NCBI RefSeq assembly: GCF_016127575.1 | Contig: NZ_CP066019.1 | Coordinates: forward strand, 330,001 to 362,000 | DNA length: 32,000 nucleotides | Direction of reading: 5' to 3' | From: Cupriavidus necator | Lineage (GTDB): Bacteria; Pseudomonadota; Gammaproteobacteria; Burkholderiales; Burkholderiaceae | Part shown: in pieces, positions 24,649 to 32,000 of the stretch | Layout of the letters: the number at the start of each line of letters is the position of its first letter | Numbering within the stretch: position 1 is the stretch's first letter | Program-made: the position numbers and the translations under genes | The notes under the pieces: generated by a model | Seen by the model: the letters and a program-made list of their open reading frames with translations, nothing else | The model's database searches: none | Told to the model about the DNA's origin: nothing

Positions 24649-24690
24649 ATGATCCCGGCAGCACCACGCAAAAACGGGGGCGCGCAATGA
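24649..24690 (+). other. 13-codon upstream ORF (MIPAAPRKNGGAQ) coupled to the CoA-transferase start
   Basis: Strong SD GAGGAGA (24638..24644) lies 4 nt before ATG 24649. The uORF TGA (24688..24690) overlaps ATG 24687 of the next gene (ATGA). Whether it is translated is unproven. Confidence 0.3.
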
Positions 24691-25898
24691 CAGGCCCCCT
24701 CCAAGGCGTTCGCATCATCGACATGACCACGGTCCTGATGGGACCGTACGCCACACAGATCCTCGGCGACCTCGGTGCCGACGTGATCAAGGTCGAACCT
24801 CCGACGGGAGACACCGTCCGCGACGTGGGTTACCGCCGCAACGACGGCATGGCGGGCATCTTCCTGCACGTCAACCGCAGCAAGCGCAGCATCGTGCTGG
24901 ACCTGAAGAAGCCTTGCGGGCGCGATGCGCTGCTGCGCCTCGTGGCCGACGCCGACGTGCTGGTCTACAACGTGCGTCCGCAGGCGATGGCGCGGCTGAA
25001 CCTGGGTTACGAGGAAATCGCCAAGGTCAATCCAGGCATCCTGTACGTGGGCCTCTACGGCTATGGCCAGGCCGGCCCCTATGCGGCCAAGACGGCCTAC
25101 GACGACCTGATCCAGGGCGCCGTCGCCATTCCCACACTGTCGAAGATGGCCGGTGCCGACATCCCGCGCTACGCGCCCAGCGCCATTGCGGACCGCATCG
25201 TCGGCATCTCCGCCGTGAACGCCATCACCGCGGGCCTCTACCACCGCCTGCGTACCGGCGAAGGCCAGTCCATCGACGTGCCGATGTTCGAGACCATGGC
25301 GCAGTTCATCCTGGGCGACCACATGGGCGGCGCGACCTTCGAGCCGCCGCTCGGTCCGACGGGCTATGGGCGTGTGCTCGATCCTAACCGCCGCCCGTAC
25401 CGCACGAAGGACGGCTACCTCTGCGTGCTGGTCTACAACGACAAGCAGTGGCGCAAGTTCTTCGAGCTGATCGGCAAGCCGGGCCTGATGGACAGCGACC
25501 CGCGCTTCGCCACCATCGGCGAGCGCACGAAGCATATCGACGCTCTCTATGGCATGGTTGCCGAGGTGATGCCCACGCGCACCAGCGCGGAGTGGACCGC
25601 GCTGCTGGAGTCCACCGACATGCCGGTGATGCAGCTCCACACCGTCGATTCGCTGATGACCGACCCGCACCTCGACGCGGTGGGCTTCATCGACGTGGTC
25701 GAGCACCCGACCGAAGGGCAGATCCGCTCGATGGCGATCCCGTCGCACTGGTCGAAGACCACGCCGAAAGTGGAACGCCAGGCACCGCGCCTCGGCGAAC
25801 ACAGCGCGGAAGTGCTGGCCGAGGCCGGCTTCAGTGCCGACGAGATCCGCAAGCTCGCGGAAGAGGGCGTGACGCTGATCGCGCCCGCCACCGAGTGA
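24687..25898 (+). CDS. family III CoA-transferase (CaiB/BaiF family)
   Basis: The track ORF 24408..25898 is trimmed to ATG 24687. MTGPLQGVRIIDMTTVLMGPYATQILGDLGADVIKVEPPTGD is the typical N-terminus of this family. Confidence 0.9.
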   Translation: MTGPLQGVRIIDMTTVLMGPYATQILGDLGADVIKVEPPTGDTVRDVGYRRNDGMAGIFLHVNRSKRSIVLDLKKPCGRDALLRLVADADVLVYNVRPQAMARLNLGYEEIAKVNPGILYVGLYGYGQAGPYAAKTAYDDLIQGAVAIPTLSKMAGADIPRYAPSAIADRIVGISAVNAITAGLYHRLRTGEGQSIDVPMFETMAQFILGDHMGGATFEPPLGPTGYGRVLDPNRRPYRTKDGYLCVLVYNDKQWRKFFELIGKPGLMDSDPRFATIGERTKHIDALYGMVAEVMPTRTSAEWTALLESTDMPVMQLHTVDSLMTDPHLDAVGFIDVVEHPTEGQIRSMAIPSHWSKTTPKVERQAPRLGEHSAEVLAEAGFSADEIRKLAEEGVTLIAPATE

Positions 25899-25923
25899 TA
25901 CCCCCACATTCCGGAGTTTCATC

Positions 25924-27087
25924 GTGACTGCAAGTCTCGAATCGTTGCCGCTCGTCGCCATCCCGCCGGCGGACGAAGCGCTGCGCGGCCCGATCCGCGC
26001 ATTCCTCGAAGGAAAGCTGGCCAACGTGCCGACGCATATCCGCGCCCGCACCTGGATGGGCTATGACGCCGACTTCAGCCGCGCGCTCGCGAAACAGGGC
26101 TGGCTCGGCCTCGCCCTGCCAAAGGAGTATGGCGGCGCCGGCCGCAGCGCATTCGCCCGCTTCGTGCTGGTGGAGGAACTGATCGCCGCCGGTGCGCCGG
26201 TGTCGGCCCACTGGTTCGCCGATCGCCAGACCGCCCCGCTGATCCTGAAGTTCGGCACGCCGGCACAGCGCGAGTTTTTCGTCCCGCGCATGGTGCGCGG
26301 CGAGATCTTCATGTGCATCGGCATGAGCGAGCCCGACACCGGCTCCGATCTCTCCAGCGTGCGCACGCGCGCCGTACGCACCGGCACGGGCTGGCGCCTG
26401 AACGGCCGCAAGATCTGGACGACCAATGCCCACCGCACGCAGTACATGTGCGCGCTGGTGCGGACGTCGGGCCAGCACGGCGACCGCCACAAGGGCCTGT
26501 CGCAGGTACTGATCGACCTCAGCCTGCCCGGCATCAGCTACCGCCCGATCAAGGACCTCGCCGGCGACGCGCACTTCTGCGAAGTCGTCTTCGAGGACGT
26601 GGACCTGCCGGCCGACGCCATCGTCGGCGAAGAAGGCTCGGGCTGGAAGCAGGTGACTGCGGAACTTGCCTTCGAGCGCAGCGGACCGGAGCGCATCCTG
26701 ACCAGCCAGCTGCTGGCCGAGACGTGGCTGGCCGAAGTGCGTGCGTCGGGCCTTGCCGTGCCCGATTCGGTGAAGGTCATCGCCGGCCGCATCGCCGGCC
26801 GCCTGGCGGCGCTTCGCACGATGTCGCTCGCCGTCGCCGACCTGCTCGACAAGGGCCAGAACCCCGAGACCGACGCCGCCTACGTGAAGGACCTCGGCAC
26901 CGAGTTCGAGCAGACCGTGCCGGGCTGGATTGCCTCGGCCATCGAGCAGATGCCGGACTTCGCGCCGTCGGAGACGCTGCAACGCGCGCTCGCCTACATC
27001 ACGCAGCTTTGCCCGAGCTTCTCGCTGCGCGGCGGCACCCGCCAGATCCTGCGCGGCATCATCGCCCGCTCGCTGGGCCTGCGCTAA
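25924..27087 (+). CDS. acyl-CoA dehydrogenase, alpha-type member of a tandem pair
   Basis: 387 aa with a GTG start and GGAG 8 nt upstream. Motifs: PKEYGGAG, CIGMSEPDTGSDLSS, GRKIWTTNAH and a C-terminal LRGGTRQILRGIIAR. Confidence 0.88.
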   Translation: MTASLESLPLVAIPPADEALRGPIRAFLEGKLANVPTHIRARTWMGYDADFSRALAKQGWLGLALPKEYGGAGRSAFARFVLVEELIAAGAPVSAHWFADRQTAPLILKFGTPAQREFFVPRMVRGEIFMCIGMSEPDTGSDLSSVRTRAVRTGTGWRLNGRKIWTTNAHRTQYMCALVRTSGQHGDRHKGLSQVLIDLSLPGISYRPIKDLAGDAHFCEVVFEDVDLPADAIVGEEGSGWKQVTAELAFERSGPERILTSQLLAETWLAEVRASGLAVPDSVKVIAGRIAGRLAALRTMSLAVADLLDKGQNPETDAAYVKDLGTEFEQTVPGWIASAIEQMPDFAPSETLQRALAYITQLCPSFSLRGGTRQILRGIIARSLGLR

Positions 27088-27106
27088 GACATTACCGGAG
27101 ACGACC

Positions 27107-28120
27107 ATGACTGATTCCCTCCTGGAAGGCTTCGAGCGCGCCCTCGCCGACCTGTGTGCCGACGAAGCGGTACGCCGCAGCGAAGCGGCCGAAGGCGCCG
27201 CCGGGCAATGGGCCGCCATCGACGCGCTCGGCTACACCGATGCGCTCGTGCCCGCAGAGTGCGGCGGCGCCGGGCTGTCGCTTCCTGAAGCCTTCCCGCT
27301 GTTCCTCGCCGCCGGCCGGGCCGGCCTGAGCCACCCGTTCGCCGAGACCGCCATCGCCCGCGCCATGCTGGCGAAGGCGGGGCGCGAGAGCACGGGCGAG
27401 TGCATTGCCATCGCTCCCGCCGCCGCTGGCTGCCAGCACATCGCCTGCCGCAACGTGCCAGGCGGCGCGCTCGCCGATCTCGTGCTGACGCAGTGGCGCG
27501 GCGAATGGCTGCTCTTGCCGGTGAGCGCCGCGATGCACACCCCGGGCATCTACCGCCCGCTGGCATCGGCCTCGCTGCAATGGCAGTCGGCTGACGTGGC
27601 GGTCTTCCGCTTCCGCGATGACGACGCCGACCTCCTCGCGCTCTGCAACGCCGCCCACGCCGCCGGCATGGCGGGTGCGATGCAACGCGTGCTGGCCATG
27701 AGCGTGACGTACGTCAACGATCGCCAGCAGTTCGGGCGCGCGATCAGCCAGTTCCAGGCGATGCAGCAGGAACTGAGCGTGATGGCCGAGCAGGCCAGCT
27801 CGTCGGTGTTCGCCGCCCGCCTGGGCTGCGCGGCCGCCGGCTGGCTGCCCGATCCGCTGCGCGCCGCGTCGGCCAAGCTGCGCGCCTGCGAGGCGGGCGA
27901 ACGTGTCGCGGCCATCGCCCACGCCGTGCATGGCGCCATCGGCATCACCGAGGAGCTGGCACTGGGCCTGTTCACGCGGCGCCTGCATGAATGGCGCAGC
28001 GTGGGCGGCAGCGAGACCGGTTGCGCGAAGCTGATCGGTGACGCGCTGTTCGCGCAGAGCGGCGCGTCGAGCCAGGTGATTCTCGACTTCGCGCGCACCC
28101 AGCTCGCATTCCACGCCTGA
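27107..28120 (+). CDS. acyl-CoA dehydrogenase-like protein, short beta-type partner (337 aa)
   Basis: The track ORF 26930..28120 is trimmed to ATG 27107, after CCGGAGACGACC. Motifs: DRQQFGRAISQFQAMQQELSVM and HGAIGITEE. It is shorter than typical ACADs. Confidence 0.82.
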   Translation: MTDSLLEGFERALADLCADEAVRRSEAAEGAAGQWAAIDALGYTDALVPAECGGAGLSLPEAFPLFLAAGRAGLSHPFAETAIARAMLAKAGRESTGECIAIAPAAAGCQHIACRNVPGGALADLVLTQWRGEWLLLPVSAAMHTPGIYRPLASASLQWQSADVAVFRFRDDDADLLALCNAAHAAGMAGAMQRVLAMSVTYVNDRQQFGRAISQFQAMQQELSVMAEQASSSVFAARLGCAAAGWLPDPLRAASAKLRACEAGERVAAIAHAVHGAIGITEELALGLFTRRLHEWRSVGGSETGCAKLIGDALFAQSGASSQVILDFARTQLAFHA

Positions 28121-28127
28121 GGCCACC

Positions 28128-29306
28128 ATGCTGAACAACAAGGAATCCATCGTCATCGTCGGCGCGAAGCGCACGCCGATCGGCGCGTTCAATGGCTCGC
28201 TGTCGGCGTTCAAGGCGCCGGAGCTTGGTGCCGTGGCCATCCGTGCCGCCGTCGCGCAGGCGGGGGTCGATCCGGCTTCGGTCGACGAAGCCATCATGGG
28301 CCTGTGCCTGTTTGCCAACGTCGGCCAGGCACCGGCGCGGCAGGCGGTGCTCGGCGCCGGGCTGCCCACCTCTACGCCGGCCACCACTATCAGCAAGATG
28401 TGCGGCTCGGCCATGAAGTCCGTGATGCTCGCGCATGACCTGCTGCTTGCCGGCACCTGCAACGTGGCGGTGGCGGGCGGCATGGAGTCGATGACCAACG
28501 CGCCGTACATCGTCCCGCGCGGCCGCTACGGCTACCGCCTTGGGCACGGCCAGTTCCTCGACCACATGTACTGCGACGGGCTGGAGGACGCCTACGAAGG
28601 CCACCTGATGGGCTACTACGCAGACCTCGCCGCCGAGGCGCGCGGCATGGGCCGCGAGGCACAGGATGCGTACGCCCGCGAGAGCCTGCTGCGCGCGCAG
28701 GCGGCGGTCGCCGAAGGGCGCTTCCGCGACGAGATTGCGCCCGTCACGCTCAAGCGCGGCGGCGAGTTTGCCGAGGACGAGACGCCGGGCCAGTGCGACG
28801 CCGCCAGGCTGCCGAAACTGAAGGCCGTGTTCCGCGACGGCGGCTCGGTGACTGCCGGCAATGCCTCGTCGATCTCCGACGGTGCCGCCGCGCTGGTGCT
28901 GATGCGCGAGCGCGATGCCATCCGCGAGGGCCTTGCGCCGCTGGCCCGCATCGTCGCCCACGCCACCCACGCCAACCCGCCGCAGCAGTTCGCCGACGCG
29001 CCGGTGCTCGCCGCGCGCCGCGTGCTCGACAAGGCGGGCTGGACCGCGCGCGACGTCGATCTCTATGAAGTCAACGAGGCGTTTGCCGTGGTGACGATGA
29101 TCGCGCTGGACGAGCTTGGCATCGGCCACGACCGCCTCAACGTCAACGGCGGCGCCTGCGCGCTCGGTCATCCGGTCGGGGCGACCGGGGCCCGCCTGCT
29201 GGTGACGCTGGTCCACGCGCTGCAGCAGCGCGGCCTGAAGCGCGGGCTCGCCAGCCTGTGCCTGGGCGGTGGCGAAGCCACGGCCATCGGCCTCGAACTG
29301 TGCTGA
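28128..29306 (+). CDS. acetyl-CoA C-acyltransferase / thiolase
   Basis: 392 aa with [18 protein letters not shown], the active-site Cys context [32 protein letters not shown] and CLGGGEA. Confidence 0.93.
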   Translation: MLNNKESIVIVGAKRTPIGAFNGSLSAFKAPELGAVAIRAAVAQAGVDPASVDEAIMGLCLFANVGQAPARQAVLGAGLPTSTPATTISKMCGSAMKSVMLAHDLLLAGTCNVAVAGGMESMTNAPYIVPRGRYGYRLGHGQFLDHMYCDGLEDAYEGHLMGYYADLAAEARGMGREAQDAYARESLLRAQAAVAEGRFRDEIAPVTLKRGGEFAEDETPGQCDAARLPKLKAVFRDGGSVTAGNASSISDGAAALVLMRERDAIREGLAPLARIVAHATHANPPQQFADAPVLAARRVLDKAGWTARDVDLYEVNEAFAVVTMIALDELGIGHDRLNVNGGACALGHPVGATGARLLVTLVHALQQRGLKRGLASLCLGGGEATAIGLELC

Positions 29307-29316
29307 GGAGCCGGCC

Positions 29317-30087
29317 ATGAGCGTTCTGCATCGCATCGAGAACGGCGTCGGCTGGCTGACCATGGACCGCCCGGCGGCCATGAACAGCCTGAACCGCGAG
29401 ATGGCCGCCGCCATGACCGCGCAACTCAGGGCATGGCGCGACGACCCCGCCGTGCGCGCGGTGGTGCTTACCGGCAACGGCCGTGCGTTCTGCGCCGGGG
29501 CCGACCTCAAGCAAGTGGCCGAGCCGCCTGTGACCGGCGAGCCGGATTTCCTCGACGTGGTGGTCGGCTTCGTCGACACGCTGCGCGCGTTTCCCAGGCC
29601 CGTCATCGCCGCCGTGAATGGCATGGCGCTCGCGGGCGGGCTGGAAACGGTGATGGCCTGCGACCTCGTCCTCGCCGCCGAGAGCGCGAAGCTGGGCGAC
29701 GCGCACTCGAACTTCGGCGTGTTCCCCGGGGCGGGCGGCGCGGCGGTGCTGCCGCGCAAGGTGCCTGTCAACGTGGCGCGCTGGCTGCTGTTCACCGGCG
29801 CAAGCTTCACCGCCGCGCAGATGGAACGCTTCGGCCTGGTCAACGAAGTTGTGCCGGACGCCGAACTCGCTGCCCGCGCACAGGCCGTGGGCGAATTGCT
29901 GGCGGCCAGGAGCCCGCTGGTACTCGCCCGCATGAAGCGCGTGGTGGCCGAGGCCGCCGACAAGCCGGTTGCCGACGCGCTCCGTCAGGAACTGCTCGAA
30001 CTGCGCAACCACCAGCGCTCCCATGACATGCGCGAGGGCTTGCTGGCCTTCGCCGAAAAGCGGCAGCCCGTCTTCAAGGGCTGCTGA
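29317..30087 (+). CDS. enoyl-CoA hydratase/isomerase (crotonase) family protein
   Basis: The track ORF 29269..30087 is trimmed to ATG 29317, after GAGGAG. Motifs: [29 protein letters not shown] and [16 protein letters not shown]. Confidence 0.9.
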   Translation: MSVLHRIENGVGWLTMDRPAAMNSLNREMAAAMTAQLRAWRDDPAVRAVVLTGNGRAFCAGADLKQVAEPPVTGEPDFLDVVVGFVDTLRAFPRPVIAAVNGMALAGGLETVMACDLVLAAESAKLGDAHSNFGVFPGAGGAAVLPRKVPVNVARWLLFTGASFTAAQMERFGLVNEVVPDAELAARAQAVGELLAARSPLVLARMKRVVAEAADKPVADALRQELLELRNHQRSHDMREGLLAFAEKRQPVFKGC

Positions 30088-30106
30088 ACCGACACAAGGA
30101 ACCACC

Positions 30107-31252
30107 ATGGACTTGCTCTACTCGGAGGAGCACAAGGCGTTCCGGCAGGAAGTGCGCGACTTTCTCGCCGCCAACCTGCCGGACGACATGCGCGAGCGCC
30201 TGCGCGCCGGCGGCTTCGCCACCAAGGACGACAACGCACTCTGGCAACGCAGGCTGAACCAGCGCGGCTGGGGCGCGCCCGCCTGGCCGAAGGCATTTGG
30301 CGGCGCCGGCTGGGACGCCGACCGCCAGCGCATCTTCGCCGACGAATGCGCTGCCGCGCCGGCACCGACGCCGCACCCGTTCAACATCACCATGCTGGGG
30401 CCGGTGCTGATCCACTTCGGCTCCGACGTGCAGCGTGAGTATTTCCTGCCCAAGCTTCTGAACGCCGACATCCAGGTCTGCCAGGGATTCTCGGAACCGG
30501 GCTCCGGCTCCGACCTTGCCTCGCTGAAGACCACGGCTGTTCGCGAAGGCAATGAGTACATCGTCAACGGCCAGAAGATCTGGACGAGCCAGGCGCATTA
30601 CGCGGACTGGGCCTTCTGCCTGGTGCGGACCGACGTCGACGCGGTGAAGAAGCAGGCCGGCATCTCGTTCCTGCTGATCGACATGAAGTCGCCGGGCATC
30701 ACCGTGCGCCCGATCATCAGCATCGACGGCCGCCACAGCCTGAACGAAGTCTTCTTCGAGAACGTGCGCGTGCCTGCCGACAACCTGGTGGGCGAGGAGA
30801 ACAAGGGCTGGAGCTACGCCAAGTTCCTGCTCGGCCACGAGCGCGCCCACATCGCCGGCATCGGCCGCAACAAGGAGCGCGTGGCCTGTGCCAGGGCGCT
30901 GCTGGCGAAGATGGAGGACGAGGGCTACCCGGAGGCGACGCTGGCAGCCTATCGCGGACGGATTGCCATGATCGAAGCCGACCTGCATGCGCTGGAAGTG
31001 ACGCAACTGCGCGTGCACGGCGGGCACGCCGACGCGAAGCTGTCGCCGATGCTGAAGGTTCGCGGCAGCGAGATCTTCCAGGCCGTCACCGACCTGCTTT
31101 GCCGGATGACCGGCACCGGTTCGCTGCCCGCCGACGGCGCCGACGTGACGCTGACCCGGTCCTACCTGTACTCGCGCGCCGTCTCGATCTTCGGCGGTAC
31201 CACCGAAGTGCAGAAGAATATCCTTTCCGCTTCCCTCCTGGATCTGTCATGA
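30107..31252 (+). CDS. acyl-CoA dehydrogenase, large/alpha-type member of a tandem pair (paralog of 14781..15950)
   Basis: The track ORF 29969..31252 is trimmed to ATG 30107. Motifs: MDLLYSEEHKAFRQEVRDFLAANLP, WPKAFGGAG, VCQGFSEPGSGSDLASL, GQKIWTS and IFGGTTEVQKNILS. Confidence 0.9.
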   Translation: MDLLYSEEHKAFRQEVRDFLAANLPDDMRERLRAGGFATKDDNALWQRRLNQRGWGAPAWPKAFGGAGWDADRQRIFADECAAAPAPTPHPFNITMLGPVLIHFGSDVQREYFLPKLLNADIQVCQGFSEPGSGSDLASLKTTAVREGNEYIVNGQKIWTSQAHYADWAFCLVRTDVDAVKKQAGISFLLIDMKSPGITVRPIISIDGRHSLNEVFFENVRVPADNLVGEENKGWSYAKFLLGHERAHIAGIGRNKERVACARALLAKMEDEGYPEATLAAYRGRIAMIEADLHALEVTQLRVHGGHADAKLSPMLKVRGSEIFQAVTDLLCRMTGTGSLPADGADVTLTRSYLYSRAVSIFGGTTEVQKNILSASLLDLS

Positions 31253-32000
31253 ACCTGCAACTGAACGACGTCCAGCAGCAACTGCAGGACAGCCTGGGGC
31301 GGCTGCTGGCCCGCGAGTACGACTTCGGCCGCCGCCAGCAATATGCGGCGTCCGCTGCCGGGCATTCGCCCGAGGCGTGGGCGCAACTGGCCGGTCTGGG
31401 CGTAACGGCCGCGGCCATCGGCGAGGCGCATGACGGCTTCGGCGGCGACGCCGTCGACCACATGATGATCTCCGAGGCACTCGGCAAGTGCCTGTCGCTG
31501 GAGCCGTATCACGGCACCGTGGTCATGGCGGCCACGGCCATCGAACAGCTGGGCTCGCCCACGCAGCAGTCCAGCCTGTTGCCGCGGATCGCGCGGGGCG
31601 AACTCCAGGTGGCGTGGGCACATGGCGAATCGGTGCCCGGGCGCATCGCCACGCGCGCTGCCCATGGCGTGGATGGCTGGCGGCTCTATGGCACCAAGCC
31701 CTGCGTGCTGCATGGCACCGGGGCGGATTACTTCCTCGTGACCGCGCAGGCGCCGAATGAGGGCGTCCAGCTGTTCCTGGTCAATGCCAGCACCACGGGC
31801 GTGCGCAACGCCGGCGGCCGCCTGATCGATGGCACCCCGGCGGCGGACCTGGCGCTGGATGACGCCGAGGGCGAGCGGCTTGGCACGCTGACGCCCGCGC
31901 TGCTGACCCGTCTGCTGGAAACCGGCATCAGTGCCGCCTGCGCCGAGATGGTCGGCGCGATGGATGGCGCCTGCGCGCTCACCGTCGCGTACCTGAAGAC
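31249..32000 (+). CDS. acyl-CoA dehydrogenase family, small/beta-type partner, 5' part (continues past window end)
   Basis: Not in the track because no stop occurs in the window. My translation from ATG 31249 (ATGA overlap with the upstream stop) reads MNLQLNDVQQQLQDSLGRLLAREYDFGRRQQYAAS...LGVTAAAIGEAHDGFGG...GELQVAWAHGE..., collinear with 15954..17090. Confidence 0.82.
   Translation, partial: MNLQLNDVQQQLQDSLGRLLAREYDFGRRQQYAASAAGHSPEAWAQLAGLGVTAAAIGEAHDGFGGDAVDHMMISEALGKCLSLEPYHGTVVMAATAIEQLGSPTQQSSLLPRIARGELQVAWAHGESVPGRIATRAAHGVDGWRLYGTKPCVLHGTGADYFLVTAQAPNEGVQLFLVNASTTGVRNAGGRLIDGTPAADLALDDAEGERLGTLTPALLTRLLETGISAACAEMVGAMDGACALTVAYLK

Noticed and set aside
1-32000. CRISPR arrays, tRNA/rRNA genes, integrase or phage genes, toxin-antitoxin or defence-type gene sets.
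   Set aside because: Reading the intergenic regions (all under 450 bp) and the ORF translations, I found no spaced direct repeats, no cloverleaf-like or rRNA-like segments, and no nuclease, methylase or toxin-like small ORFs. The only STAND NTPase carries a LuxR HTH and looks like a MalT-type transcription factor rather than a defence NLR.

Overview
High-GC proteobacterial DNA. Three Bug/TctC-type periplasmic binding-protein genes with no tctAB partner suggest Burkholderiales (Cupriavidus/Bordetella-like); this is inference only. Most of the window is accessory acyl-CoA catabolism in three blocks. (A) 1-8027: a minus-strand iclR-SDR-ACAD-MaoC-NDP-forming acyl-CoA synthetase operon, divergent from bug-NMO-crotonase. 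(B) 8113-17090: minus-strand bug-CoA transferase-nitroreductase, divergent from bug-NDP-forming acyl-CoA synthetase-ACAD pair. (C) 24687-32000: CoA transferase-ACAD pair-thiolase-crotonase-ACAD pair. Paralogy is heavy: 7 ACADs, 3 Bug, 2 family III CoA transferases, 2 NDP-forming synthetases, and 2 crotonases plus one remnant. Blocks B and C are separated by a rearranged stretch (17.1-24.6 kb) that holds the most unusual content. The first item there is a roughly 1225-codon reading frame in which an IS630-type transposase-like module (HTHs plus a DDE core reading D-D-Q) runs without interruption into a MalT/LuxR-type STAND NTPase regulator; one in-frame TAG splits this frame. Next come a 5'-truncated crotonase remnant and a visibly lower-GC two-gene signalling cassette (soluble PAS hybrid histidine kinase plus a REC-class III adenylate cyclase, with no Hpt). 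Candidate operators are present in the divergent control regions. I saw no rRNA, tRNA or CRISPR. All family calls come from reading the supplied translations and my own translations; no database search was run.
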